A stretch of 64,000 bases of DNA from Acidobacteriota bacterium (lineage in GTDB: Bacteria; Acidobacteriota; Blastocatellia; Pyrinomonadales; Pyrinomonadaceae), in the NCBI GenBank assembly GCA_016716435.1, contig JADJWI010000004.1, forward strand, positions 37,045 to 101,044, read 5' to 3'. Of this stretch, positions 25,920 to 35,646 are shown piece after piece. Below the pieces are notes generated by a model. That model searched no databases. It was not told the DNA's origin and saw only the letters and a program-made list of their open reading frames with translations. Each line of letters starts with the position of its first letter. Positions within the stretch are counted from its first letter, which is position 1. A program made the translations under genes and the position numbers.

Positions 25920-28900
25920 TTAGAAGAAGAACTTCGCACCGAACTGCATGACCCGCGGGTCGCGCCAGGAGACCACCTGACCAAAGGTCGAACCCCCGTT
26001 TCCACCCTGCGAGACCGGCTGAGTTGTAGCCGTCCAAACTACCGTGCTCAATCCGCGAGGATTCGTCTGGTTAAAGACGTTGAACGCCTCGCCGCGGAGC
26101 TGAAGCCGGAAACGCTCGCTGAACCGGATAGTCTTGGACATCGTGAAGTCAACACGCTTGGTCGATGGCCCCTCAATGTAGTTGATGCCGCCGCTGCCGA
26201 CAACATTCGCGATCGGGTTTGTATTATTGAGCGGCGTTACCTCGAAACAGGATGTATTGAACCACTGGGTTCGATCGCGCCTGCCGCCTTGGTTCGGGTC
26301 ACAGGTCAGGTTCGGACGTCCTACCGTTAGAGCGGTCGGGATGATGCCGAGGCCTGCCGGATCAAATCCCGACACCGTCGGCGTAAACCCGAGGCCCGTT
26401 TGATAGGTCACGATACCCGATGCCTGCCATCCGCCAAGTACCTTTCCTACAAAACCACGCTGCGACCGATAAAACGGAAGCTCATAGACGTAGTTGATGG
26501 TCAGCACGTGACGGCGGTCAAGGTTGGCTCGGCCCCTTTCAGAACCGATGTCGTATGAATCCTGCGGAGCATTTGAACGGTCAGTTCGGTTGTCCGAGAG
26601 GTTCTTTGACCAAGTATAGGCCAGATTGAGCTGCGACGAACCGGTGAAGCGATGCTGGCCGGAGACCTGCATGCTATGGTAGCTCGAGTTATATTTTGGC
26701 TCAACGATCGTAACCGAACGGTATCCGCGATATGGTCGGATCTGATCGAGAATGATCGACTGTGCCGTTGTAAAGAATGCCTGATTCGGCTGCTGGCACG
26801 CAACGGTCGGTGTCGTTGAGGCACCGGTTGCACAAAGGCTGTTGAGAGCCAGTCCCGGCGGGAGCGAGTTCGCTCCATAACCGCCGATCAGGTTCGTACC
26901 CTTCGATCCGTAATAACCGACCGAAACGAGCGTCCGACGCATCAGTTGACGCTGGACGTCGAGCGACCAGTGCTGCATATAAGGCGTCTTCCAGTCGTCT
27001 TGAACAGCACGGACACTCGCAACTGTATTCGTTGCGATCACCGCACAACCGTTCGGGACCGGATTATCAAGCCTCGTTCCGCTGACAGAGCAGTTCTGCT
27101 GGTATGGCGGGTTGGTACCGATGTTCTGCAGGAAAATACCATTCAAGATCTGCTCGTGATAAATGCCGTATCCCGTGCGAACCGAGGTGCGGCCGTCGCC
27201 GAACGGATCCCAAGCAAAACCGATACGCGGAGCAAAATCGTTTTTCGGAACGTCAACCACGAACTTGCCGTAAGGCGAGATCGTCGGGTTGCAGTTCGGG
27301 AAAGGAACGGTGTTCTGCGAGTTAACGATAAGCCCTTCGCAGAAATTGCCCGTGCCGGGAACGCGGTTGCCCGCACCGGTCACAAGCGGAGCATTCGCCC
27401 GGTTGTAAAGCTCCGGAACGAAGTTGCTCAAGCGGCCGTTCTTGTCCCACGGCGAACCGAAGAACGAATAACGGACGCCGTAGTAGAAGGTTAGATTGCG
27501 GCGGAGTCGCCACTCATCTTGGAAAAATGCTTCAAAGGTCTTCTGCCGCAGATCTGCGGTGTAGTCAAAGCTTGCCTGCGTAAAGGTCACGTTAGTGCCT
27601 AGCAGAAAGTTTGCCCAGAGCTGCTGAGTCGCGTTGCCGCCCGGAGCGATGGTGTTGCCCGTTGCTCCCGGGGTATTGAACCCGGAGAAGATGCCTTCGT
27701 TGTTGCCCGCGAGAGCGTTCTCGTTCTTGCGGTACTTAGAGTAAACAGCACCAAACTTCATCGTGTGGCTTCCTGCGATCCACGTCGCCGTTCCTGAAAG
27801 ATTGCCTTTCCACGAGAAGTTGTCGTAGGGGCCGAAGCCTTGAATGGCGCTGAAACCGTTGCCGCTGATCGTCGGAATGCGGTCGCGGTCGTTGGCATAT
27901 GCTAGCGGCGGCCGGATCGGCGAGTTCTCAAGTGCGATAAGTCCAACGTTCTTGCTCAGAATAGCTCCATAACCAAAGGTGTAGCGTCCTTCAACAATGA
28001 ACTTCGGCGTCGCTGCCCAGGTGACCTGTGCCGTATGGGTCCGGCCCGGCGAGTCGGTCGCTGTAGTCGAAACGCCTGGAAGTCCGGAGCCCGACGAGAA
28101 CAAAGCGTTCGCGTCAACCGTCGGGATGCTGTCCCGCTGAAAGCGGTAATACATCGAGACCTTGTCGTTGAACGAGTGGTCGATCTTGATCACTTCCTGG
28201 CGAAATTCCGCGATGCCCGCGGCCGGTGCGAAGAGCGTGTTTACACCCGAATTTGGCAGCGGCAGCCGACTGTAAATAAAGTCAATGTACTGCTGAGCGA
28301 CCGGGTTAACGTTCTGCAACGTGCTATTCGCCGGAAGCACCTGATTACATGTGGTGCCGGTTGCCTGCAAGCAGATCGGAACCGTGAAGAATGCATTACG
28401 CTGATTCTGGGTCGGGACCGTTGACTGCAGCGTCGAGGAGCGGCGGTCATCACGCCATTCCTGCGAGAAGAAGAAGAACGTCCGGTCGTAGCGCTTAAAG
28501 GCACTCGCTCCTGGCTCTACCTCGCCGAAGCGAAGGAAGTAAACCGGCCCGCCGAGTGTCCAACCGTAGTTGTTGTAACGGAAAGGCGTCCGCTTCGCTT
28601 TGCCATTATCGTCGCGGCCGAGCGGCGGATTTGCAAGGTTGTTCGTCTCAACGTTATTCGCGTTGAAAGCCTCATTGCGGATAAATTCGTAAACGCTGCC
28701 GCGGAACTGCGATGTTCCACTGCGGGTTACAATGTTCACCTGTCCGCCGCCGCTGCGGCCCGATTCTGCCGGGTAAAGTGAACGAAGGACCTTGAACTCG
28801 CCGATCGAATCAACGCTCGGGTAAGCCTGGATGGTCAGGTTCGAACCGCGGTCGGTCACGTCCGCACCATCAACAGTGAAGGTGTTCTGGCTGGAACGTG

Positions 28901-29486
28901 CACCGTTGACGGCGATCTGGACGATGTTTGCCTGGCCGGCGGGGTTCGTCGTTCCGACGTAAACCTGGTCCGAAAGGTCGTTGGTCACACCCGGTGCGAG
29001 TGTTACAAGCTGGACGAAGTTGCGGTTGTTGATCGAAAGCTCGCGAACCTGGTCACCGCTGATGACCGTACCGCTAGTTGACGACGTAAGGTCAACCGAA
29101 AGCGGGTCGGCCTCGACCGTTACGGTCTCGTCAATGTTGCCGGCTTCAAGCGTAACATCGACCGAACGCCTTTGGCCGACATCGAGCTTAACGTCTGTCT
29201 TGATCGATTTCTTGAAATTCGGGGCCTCGACCGTCACGGCATACGTGCTGATCGACAGGTTCGGCACCGAGAACTCACCGCTGCTATTGGTTGTAACGGT
29301 GCGGACGACTATATTGTTCTTGCTTGGGTCCGAGATCGATACGGTTGCACCCGCAACGGCCGCTCCGGCCGAGTCGCGAACGCTTCCGACGATCGAGCCC
29401 GTCACCTCTTGAGCCGTTGCGACCGTAGCCGCGGCGAAGAGGAGCGAAAGCGCGAACAGTAAGGAACTGAATTTTTTGGCTTTCAT
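25920..29486 (-). CDS. TonB-dependent outer-membrane receptor with N-terminal carboxypeptidase-regulatory-like domain
   Basis: Signal peptide MKAKKFSSLLFALSLLFAAATVATAQE; CarboxypepD_reg-like beta-sandwich; plug and barrel; terminal Phe (GAKFFF). The ATG at 29486 is preferred. Confidence 0.88.
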   Translation of the reverse strand: MKAKKFSSLLFALSLLFAAATVATAQEVTGSIVGSVRDSAGAAVAGATVSISDPSKNNIVVRTVTTNSSGEFSVPNLSISTYAVTVEAPNFKKSIKTDVKLDVGQRRSVDVTLEAGNIDETVTVEADPLSVDLTSSTSGTVISGDQVRELSINNRNFVQLVTLAPGVTNDLSDQVYVGTTNPAGQANIVQIAVNGARSSQNTFTVDGADVTDRGSNLTIQAYPSVDSIGEFKVLRSLYPAESGRSGGGQVNIVTRSGTSQFRGSVYEFIRNEAFNANNVETNNLANPPLGRDDNGKAKRTPFRYNNYGWTLGGPVYFLRFGEVEPGASAFKRYDRTFFFFSQEWRDDRRSSTLQSTVPTQNQRNAFFTVPICLQATGTTCNQVLPANSTLQNVNPVAQQYIDFIYSRLPLPNSGVNTLFAPAAGIAEFRQEVIKIDHSFNDKVSMYYRFQRDSIPTVDANALFSSGSGLPGVSTTATDSPGRTHTAQVTWAATPKFIVEGRYTFGYGAILSKNVGLIALENSPIRPPLAYANDRDRIPTISGNGFSAIQGFGPYDNFSWKGNLSGTATWIAGSHTMKFGAVYSKYRKNENALAGNNEGIFSGFNTPGATGNTIAPGGNATQQLWANFLLGTNVTFTQASFDYTADLRQKTFEAFFQDEWRLRRNLTFYYGVRYSFFGSPWDKNGRLSNFVPELYNRANAPLVTGAGNRVPGTGNFCEGLIVNSQNTVPFPNCNPTISPYGKFVVDVPKNDFAPRIGFAWDPFGDGRTSVRTGYGIYHEQILNGIFLQNIGTNPPYQQNCSVSGTRLDNPVPNGCAVIATNTVASVRAVQDDWKTPYMQHWSLDVQRQLMRRTLVSVGYYGSKGTNLIGGYGANSLPPGLALNSLCATGASTTPTVACQQPNQAFFTTAQSIILDQIRPYRGYRSVTIVEPKYNSSYHSMQVSGQHRFTGSSQLNLAYTWSKNLSDNRTDRSNAPQDSYDIGSERGRANLDRRHVLTINYVYELPFYRSQRGFVGKVLGGWQASGIVTYQTGLGFTPTVSGFDPAGLGIIPTALTVGRPNLTCDPNQGGRRDRTQWFNTSCFEVTPLNNTNPIANVVGSGGINYIEGPSTKRVDFTMSKTIRFSERFRLQLRGEAFNVFNQTNPRGLSTVVWTATTQPVSQGGNGGSTFGQVVSWRDPRVMQFGAKFFF

Positions 29487-29679
29487 CTTTGTCCTTCCTT
29501 TTGCTTCGAAAATAGAAAAATATGGATTGCTTGCCATAAGAATAATTTGGGTTTTTGGAGTTTTATCCAAATTTTCGTTATCGTTATAGCCACACGAATT
29601 TCCGCAAATTTCCGCAACTTGCTGAAAACAAATGCCTTGTTACAAGAACCTTAAATCGCCGGAGAAACCCCGGCCGGTT

Positions 29680-31332
29680 TTACGGCTGATAAAGCAAATA
29701 CAATGCCCAACGCCGTTTGAATTCCTCAAGGCTCGCCGCCCATGAGGCCTCGATGGTTTCGGGCTTCTCGCCGGCCTTGAGCCGGTCGAGCACGTCCTGA
29801 TTTACGAGCAGACGCAGGTAGCGGTCGGCCTGCCAATCATTCGGGTAAAGCGAGCGGATAGCCGCGGCGACCTCGATCCCTGTTCGGACGGAATTGAACC
29901 GTCCGCGGTCGGTGATAATAAAGTTCACTCCGCCGAGCTGCTCGTCCTTAAAGACCGATGCATTTGGCTTGAACCGGACCGGCACGAACCTGACTCCCGG
30001 CAAGCCTCGCCCGTTAAGATAATTCGCAAGCCGCTGTCCATCCAGCCACGCTGCGCCGATGTGCTCAAAAGGCGTGTCCGTGCCGCGGCCGACGCTGACG
30101 TTGGTCGTTTCCATCAGCCCGATGCCGGGATAAAGCGTCGCCTGCGTCAGCGACCGCATATTCGGGCTCGGGTTGACCCACGTCTGGCCGGTTTCGTCGA
30201 ACCACATCGCCCGCCGCCAGCCTTCCATCTTTATCACGCGAAGGTCGGCGCCGATCTTCCGCTCGGCGTTCATCATCTGCCCGAGTTCGCCGATCGTTAG
30301 CCCATAGCGGACCGGGATCGTGTGTGCCGCGATGAACGAAAGCTTGTCCTCGGTCGCCAGCGGACCTTCGATATCGACGCCGTTTATCGGGTTCGGCCGG
30401 TCGAGCACGTAAACTGGGATCTTCGCCTTCGCGGCCTCTTCCATCACGTTCTTGAGCGTCGCCGTGTAGGTGTAAAACCTCGCCCCGATGTCTTGTATGT
30501 CGTAAACGATCGCGTCGAGCCCGGCGAGCTGCTCCGGCTTCGGCCGCCGCATTCCATCCTTATAAAGCGAATAGACGACGAGGCCCGTTTTCTCGTCCTT
30601 TGTGTCGTCGATCTTTTCGGTATCAAGCTCGCCGCGAATGCCGTGCTCCGGTGCAAAGATCGAAACAAGCTCGATATTCTTCGCCTCGTACAGAATATCG
30701 ATCGTCGATTTCCCCGCCAGATTCCGGCCGGTATGGTTCGTCACGAGCCCGATCCGCTTTCCTTCCAGATCCCTAAAACCGTTCTTCTCAAGAATGTCGA
30801 TGCCGTTCAGCACCGGACCGTACGTGACTCTTGGTGGAGCCGAAATCGAAACGGCTGCACCGCTAAGGTTGGTCGTGTCGCGTTCTCTATTTGCCCTCTC
30901 TGCAGCCTCGCGGAACCTAGGAATCTGAGCAGCAACCGCTGCGTTGTACTTTGCCTCTGCTTCTTTCCATCGTTCGATCGGCAGGTCTTCGATCGCGGAG
31001 GCGGCGATGGTTGCGATGCGTGCACGGGTCGCGACGACATCGCCTTTGCCGTCCGGGTGGACGCGGTTCGACATAAAGACGACGAACGTCTCCGACGTCG
31101 GGTCGATCCAGATCATCGGCCCCGTAAATCCCGTATGTCCAAACGACCCAAGCGGAAAAAGCTCGCCACGGTTCGACGAGAATGTGGTGTTCATATCCCA
31201 CCCAAGCCCCCGCGTCGAACCATCCTCGGCAACTACATAAGGCTGCGTCATTCTCGCGACCGTCTGAGCGGATTGCGGAGGCCTGACCCTGTTTTGAGTA
31301 CCGCCTGTTAGGCCCTGCTGACGCGCAGGCAC
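29680..31332 (-). CDS. DUF1343 / NamZ-like exo-beta-N-acetylmuramidase domain preceded by the C-terminal third of a beta-lactamase fold (downstream piece of a probably split fusion gene)
   Basis: GLVTNHTG and IFAPEHGIRGELD are DUF1343 signatures. The N-terminal ~90 aa (GLGWDM..., HTGFTGPMIWIDP...) is the end of a serine beta-lactamase-like domain. Confidence 0.8.
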   Translation of the reverse strand: MPARQQGLTGGTQNRVRPPQSAQTVARMTQPYVVAEDGSTRGLGWDMNTTFSSNRGELFPLGSFGHTGFTGPMIWIDPTSETFVVFMSNRVHPDGKGDVVATRARIATIAASAIEDLPIERWKEAEAKYNAAVAAQIPRFREAAERANRERDTTNLSGAAVSISAPPRVTYGPVLNGIDILEKNGFRDLEGKRIGLVTNHTGRNLAGKSTIDILYEAKNIELVSIFAPEHGIRGELDTEKIDDTKDEKTGLVVYSLYKDGMRRPKPEQLAGLDAIVYDIQDIGARFYTYTATLKNVMEEAAKAKIPVYVLDRPNPINGVDIEGPLATEDKLSFIAAHTIPVRYGLTIGELGQMMNAERKIGADLRVIKMEGWRRAMWFDETGQTWVNPSPNMRSLTQATLYPGIGLMETTNVSVGRGTDTPFEHIGAAWLDGQRLANYLNGRGLPGVRFVPVRFKPNASVFKDEQLGGVNFIITDRGRFNSVRTGIEVAAAIRSLYPNDWQADRYLRLLVNQDVLDRLKAGEKPETIEASWAASLEEFKRRWALYLLYQP

Positions 31333-32315
31333 GCCATTCCGCCGTTCAAAATCATCTGCGCATATCGAGCAAGATCATCCGCCGTCGAAAAAAGCCCGGC
31401 ATGTCCAGCTACACCGCCCATTCGGAAGGCGGTTGGATCATGTACCACACCGCGAAGTATTTTATTGCCCGTGTGAGCATCTCCCTCGAACTTCGAGCCA
31501 AGATAGCTATTTTGGCCGCGGATGTTTTCGGTGGGCGCGATCCTCGTCAGCGTTCCTCGCCAGCCCGATTCTGGGAATCGCATGAAAGATGAATTCTCGA
31601 GCGCGGATGGCTTTAGCAACGAGGCAGCGGCGAACTGATCCACTTCGTTCTCTGAGACACGAAAAACAATTTCCCCCAGCACAATGAACCCAATATCCGA
31701 ATAAACAAATCTTGTCCCCGGAGCGGCTCGCAACTTTTCTTTCTTTAGTGCGGCTAGCATTCCGTCGCGGCCGGTCCATTTTTCGCCGAGGTCGAAATCG
31801 GGGCGGTAGCCGGAGGTGTGTGTGAGAAGCTGCAGGATCGTGACCTTTTTCGCTTCGGGGTCATCAATGTCGGTGATGTATTTTCCGATGGTGTCGCTGA
31901 GCCGGAGCTTGCCTTGCTCGACGAGGATCATTATCGACGTAGCGGTTGCGACCGGCTTTGTCAGCGAAGCGACGTCAAAGATCGTATCGATGGTCATCGG
32001 CTCAACGGTCGGTACCAGCGAGCGGTTCCCGAACGCCTTCCGATAAACGATCTTGCCCTTTCGCCCGACTATCACGACCGCACCCGGCATTTTCTTATTA
32101 GCAATATCGCCGTTGACGATCGCATCGATCTGAGCCAGCTTCTCAGCGCTCATCCCGACCGACCTCGGTGCCGCCACCGGCAACCCCTGCGCAGCCGCTG
32201 AAATACCGAGAAGAAGAGCAAGAACCAAACAGGATGCACAGGATAGACAGGATAATATCAACTTATCGAACCAAGACCGCCTAACCACTTTCACCATCAT
32301 TTTCATCCTGTACAT
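31308..32315 (-). CDS. Beta-lactamase-family serine hydrolase, N-terminal two-thirds (upstream piece of the split fusion)
   Basis: Signal/TM segment, SLTKPV (SxxK) and YSDIGF (YxN-like) motifs. It ends ...MILNGG plus 9 aa, where the downstream ORF takes over in another frame. ATG at 32315 or 32306. Confidence 0.75.
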   Translation of the reverse strand: MYRMKMMVKVVRRSWFDKLILSCLSCASCLVLALLLGISAAAQGLPVAAPRSVGMSAEKLAQIDAIVNGDIANKKMPGAVVIVGRKGKIVYRKAFGNRSLVPTVEPMTIDTIFDVASLTKPVATATSIMILVEQGKLRLSDTIGKYITDIDDPEAKKVTILQLLTHTSGYRPDFDLGEKWTGRDGMLAALKKEKLRAAPGTRFVYSDIGFIVLGEIVFRVSENEVDQFAAASLLKPSALENSSFMRFPESGWRGTLTRIAPTENIRGQNSYLGSKFEGDAHTGNKILRGVVHDPTAFRMGGVAGHAGLFSTADDLARYAQMILNGGMACLRVSRA

Positions 32316-32371
32316 CCTGTCTCCCGTTCTCCTCTTCTCCGTGTCTCCTCTTCTCCGCGTCGTATCCAAAC

Positions 32372-33289
32372 CTACCGCTTCGCCTTTAGCTCCTTCTCCC
32401 GCTCGGCGAAGCTCGCCTTGCAGAGCCTTACAAATTCTTTCGCTATCGGCGAGTAGTGCCCGCCTCTCAAGCGTGCGAGCCCGAGCTCCCACTTGATCTC
32501 CGCGCCCTCGATGAACCACGAGACCAGCCTGCCGTCCTTTATCTCCTTCGCGACCGATTTCACACCCGCGATCCCGACGCCCATCCCGATCTCGACCATC
32601 CGGTTGATCGCTTCCTGGCGTGAAAGCTCCATCGTAATGTTTGGCCGGACGTTTGCCGCGGCAAAGAATTCATCTATCATCCGCCGCGTGTTTCCGCCGC
32701 GTTCGCCGAGTATCAGGTTCTCGCCCGCGAGCGTCGCCGCCGAGATGTATTTCTCCTTTGCTAGCGGATGCCCCGGCCAGGCGACGGCAACGATCTCGTC
32801 CGAGAAAAGCGATTCGGTGCTAATGCTCAGGTTATCGACCGGCAGCGAGACAAAGGCCGTGTCTATCTCGCCGTGTAAGATGCGGTCGACCAGCCGCGAG
32901 CTCGTTCCGGCCGTTACGGTCAGCTCCGAGTTTGGATACTTTCGCCTGATGTCCTGGAGGATGACCGGGAGCTGGTTCATCGCAAAGGTGCCCGAGGCCG
33001 AGCCGATCCGCAGCCGGCCGTGCTCGCTCCCGGCGATCTCGGCTATTTCGGCGACGGCGGCGTCGTGCTCGCGGAGTATCTTTCGGGCACGCTCGAGCAG
33101 GTGCTCGCCCGCTTCCGTCAGGATCACCCGCCGCGGCGTCCGCGTAAAGAGCTGCAGCCCGACCTCTTCCTCAAGCTGGCGTATCTGCATTGAGATGGCC
33201 GCCTGCGTAACGTTCACGCGCCGGGCTCCGGCCGTAAAGGTCTTTGCCTCGGCGATCGCCAAAAATGCTTTTAGTTGTCTGATCTCCAT
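32372..33289 (-). CDS. LysR-family transcriptional regulator, divergent from the nagK-murQ operon
   Basis: HTH FTAGARRVNVTQAAISMQIRQLE; 305 aa. Confidence 0.85.
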   Translation of the reverse strand: MEIRQLKAFLAIAEAKTFTAGARRVNVTQAAISMQIRQLEEEVGLQLFTRTPRRVILTEAGEHLLERARKILREHDAAVAEIAEIAGSEHGRLRIGSASGTFAMNQLPVILQDIRRKYPNSELTVTAGTSSRLVDRILHGEIDTAFVSLPVDNLSISTESLFSDEIVAVAWPGHPLAKEKYISAATLAGENLILGERGGNTRRMIDEFFAAANVRPNITMELSRQEAINRMVEIGMGVGIAGVKSVAKEIKDGRLVSWFIEGAEIKWELGLARLRGGHYSPIAKEFVRLCKASFAEREKELKAKR

Positions 33290-33454
33290 AAGAAAAAGTG
33301 CGGAGTTGCAGGGTTAAGTTTGCTTTGGTGACCGGCTCGGCCGAAACCGCCCGTATCACACATGCTTATTGAGAACATAAAATCTGTTAAATTTGATTAT
33401 ATGTCAAGCTTCGCGGACACTGTAAACGTTTCTGTCCGATGATTTTATTCCCCT

Positions 33455-34447
33455 ATGGCATCCCCGGCCAAACGACGAACCGCGAAACCGCCACCGCACG
33501 CCCTTTACCTCGGCGTTGACGGCGGCGGAACGAAGACCCACATCGCCCTGCTCAACGCCGCCGGCGAGCTGCAATGCGAGGGCTTTGCCGGGCCTTCGAA
33601 TCCGCTTCGCGTCGGTGTTGAAACGGCCGTCGGCAACATTATCAAAGCCATCAGCGAGGCCTGCGACCAGAGTGGACTTTCTCGCGGCGATATCGAGTCC
33701 GCAACGCTCGGGCTCGCCGGCGTCCGGCGTGCGGACATCCGCCAGCGCATTCGCGAGAGCTTTCTTCAGCGGATCCGTGCGAGCCGCGTCGTCGTCGTTA
33801 CCGACGCCGAGATCGCTCTCTACGCGACCACCGAGGGCAAGCCCGGCCTCGTCGTCATCGCCGGTACGGGCTCGGTCTGTCTCGGCATGAACGCCAATGG
33901 AAAAACGGCGATCGCCGGCGGTTGGGGGCCGCTTGCCGGAGACGAAGGCGGCGGTGTCGGCATCGCCCGCCAGGCACTCCAGGCCGTTGCAAAGGCCTCG
34001 GACGGCCGCGGCATCCCAACCATTTTGAGCCGCCGGGCATCGGAGTATTTTAGAGCATCGGGGCCGGAGAACTTGATCGTTGCGATATACTCTCCGCAGG
34101 TAGATAACAGCCGCATCGCCGGTTTTGCGAAGATGGTGGTCGATTCGGCCGCCGCCGGGGATGCCGTTGCGGAAAACATCGTGAAGGAAGCGGGCTTCGA
34201 GCTTGGCCTCGCCGCCTGTGCTGTAATAGAAAAACTCGGGCTCAAGCGAAACAAGGTCCCGATCGGCTGCGTCGGCAGCATTTTCAAGGCAGGAGAACTG
34301 CTCACGGGCCCGATGATCGAGGTGATCAGAACCCTGGCCTCAAAGGCCTACCTAACCGAGCCGCTAATGCCGCCGGCCAACGCCGCCGCCCTGATGGCAT
34401 TGAGAAACGGAGCGAACAATGGAAACAGTCAGAACCGCCTGCGTTAG
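33455..34447 (+). CDS. BadF/BadG/BcrA/BcrD-type ATPase, N-acetylglucosamine (or MurNAc) kinase-like
   Basis: LGVDGGGTKT phosphate-1 motif and VIAGTGS. Context with murQ and nagA. Confidence 0.8.
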   Translation: MASPAKRRTAKPPPHALYLGVDGGGTKTHIALLNAAGELQCEGFAGPSNPLRVGVETAVGNIIKAISEACDQSGLSRGDIESATLGLAGVRRADIRQRIRESFLQRIRASRVVVVTDAEIALYATTEGKPGLVVIAGTGSVCLGMNANGKTAIAGGWGPLAGDEGGGVGIARQALQAVAKASDGRGIPTILSRRASEYFRASGPENLIVAIYSPQVDNSRIAGFAKMVVDSAAAGDAVAENIVKEAGFELGLAACAVIEKLGLKRNKVPIGCVGSIFKAGELLTGPMIEVIRTLASKAYLTEPLMPPANAAALMALRNGANNGNSQNRLR

Positions 34448-34473
34448 CGGGCGGCCGGTTTGTAACATTTTTA

Positions 34474-34509
34474 GATGCTTCCGGTAACCGAACAAGAGAA
34501 TCCGCGAAC
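34474..34509 (+). repeat. Copy 1 of a 36-bp direct repeat (duplicate of the murQ start)
   Basis: gatgcttccggtaaccgaacaagagaatccgcgaac is identical to 35611-35646. Confidence 0.95.
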
Positions 34510-34634
34510 TGCCGCAAGCAGCGGTCGAAAAGGCCATCGAGGCTGCGCGAAGGATCCGCTTTTTGCCCAAGGTCGAGGACGGTTACTATATAACGTCAAG
34601 CAGGACCATTTCATTCATTTTTAACGCTGATTGA
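34510..34634 (+). pseudogene. 3' remnant of a TonB_C-domain gene
   Basis: The frame from 34518 reads AAVEKAIEAARRIRFLPKVEDGYYITSSRTISFIFNAD*. It aligns by eye with the C-terminus of the next gene (DEAIKAARQIKFDPPTRNGQPVTISRPIEYNF). It has no start codon or N-terminus. Confidence 0.6.
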
Positions 34635-34652
34635 TACAGGAATTCTAGAGCA

Positions 34653-35612
34653 ATGAAAATCTTTCCACAGATCCTTATTTTTATATTTGTTCTGGCCTTC
34701 GCTTTGTTCGGCCAGGTTGACCCAAATGCTGAAGTTAAGTGGTCGATCCTAGAACCGGGCGGCGACGCGTTTTCGGTCGAGACTCCGTCTGCCATGACCG
34801 TTAATCGGATGAAGATCGACAGCAAGCGAACGACCCTACTTTACGCGGGTGGACTTGAAAGACGCTACTTTTTCGTGGCTGTCGATTTTCCCGGTTCCGA
34901 AGGATTCTTCAGTGTCGTCGAACGCTTGATCGAGGAGTACGCTAACGCTGAGCCCGGTCCAATCGTTGAGGGAGCTACCAGCGAGTATCAATTCAAGGGG
35001 CTGGACAACTTTTACCATCACATAATCCAGACCAAAACGTCGGCGAAAATCTACACTTTTCACGCCTTGAGCCCGAAAGAGAACGACCCGATGGTCACCC
35101 GGTTCGTTCACTCCGCGAAGATCGCCGGTAAAGACCTCTTGCCACCTCTGGAATCGGCCGCACAATTGAGACAGGAAGCGGAGGTGCCGAAGGTCGATAA
35201 CGGATCCACGAATTCTTCTTCGGCCACCGCGGCTACAACGAACCCTTCAGGCAGCGGATCGGGTAGCGGGTCGGGATCCGGAAACGCACAAACGTCCATC
35301 GGACCGAGCGTCAAGCAGAACGCATCACATGCAGCCAAGGTTGAAGACAAGCCTTTCCGTATCAGGGCTACGCCGAGGCCCGAATATACGCGTTTTGCTA
35401 AAGCGTATTTTTTGAGCGGTGTCGTAGTGGTCCGGGCAACGTTTATGTTGGGCGGAACAGTCGAGAATGTCGTTGTCGTCCGCGGTTTGCCTTTCGGCTT
35501 AACGGACGAAGCGATCAAAGCAGCAAGACAGATAAAGTTCGATCCGCCGACGAGAAACGGTCAACCAGTTACTATCTCGCGTCCTATTGAATACAATTTC
35601 GTTGTTTATTGA
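34653..35612 (+). CDS. Secreted protein with a Gly/Ser linker and C-terminal TonB_C-like domain
   Basis: Signal peptide MKIFPQILIFIFVLAFALFG; SGSGSGSGSGSG linker; C-terminal VVVRATFMLGGTVENVVVVRGLPFGLTDEAIKAARQIKFDP. The stop overlaps the murQ ATG (TGATG). Confidence 0.65.
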   Translation: MKIFPQILIFIFVLAFALFGQVDPNAEVKWSILEPGGDAFSVETPSAMTVNRMKIDSKRTTLLYAGGLERRYFFVAVDFPGSEGFFSVVERLIEEYANAEPGPIVEGATSEYQFKGLDNFYHHIIQTKTSAKIYTFHALSPKENDPMVTRFVHSAKIAGKDLLPPLESAAQLRQEAEVPKVDNGSTNSSSATAATTNPSGSGSGSGSGSGNAQTSIGPSVKQNASHAAKVEDKPFRIRATPRPEYTRFAKAYFLSGVVVVRATFMLGGTVENVVVVRGLPFGLTDEAIKAARQIKFDPPTRNGQPVTISRPIEYNFVVY

Positions 35613-35646
35613 TGCTTCCGGTAACCGAACAAGAGAATCCGCGAAC
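35611..35646 (+). repeat. Copy 2 of the 36-bp direct repeat (authentic murQ 5' end)
   Basis: Identical to 34474-34509. Confidence 0.95.

Noticed and set aside
25084-25923. 279-aa plus-strand ORF
   Set aside because: It is antisense to nagA.
30322-31311. 329-aa plus-strand ORF
   Set aside because: It is antisense to the NamZ/DUF1343 gene.
32493-33317. 274-aa plus-strand ORF
   Set aside because: It is antisense to the LysR gene, with a Ser/Arg-rich shadow translation.
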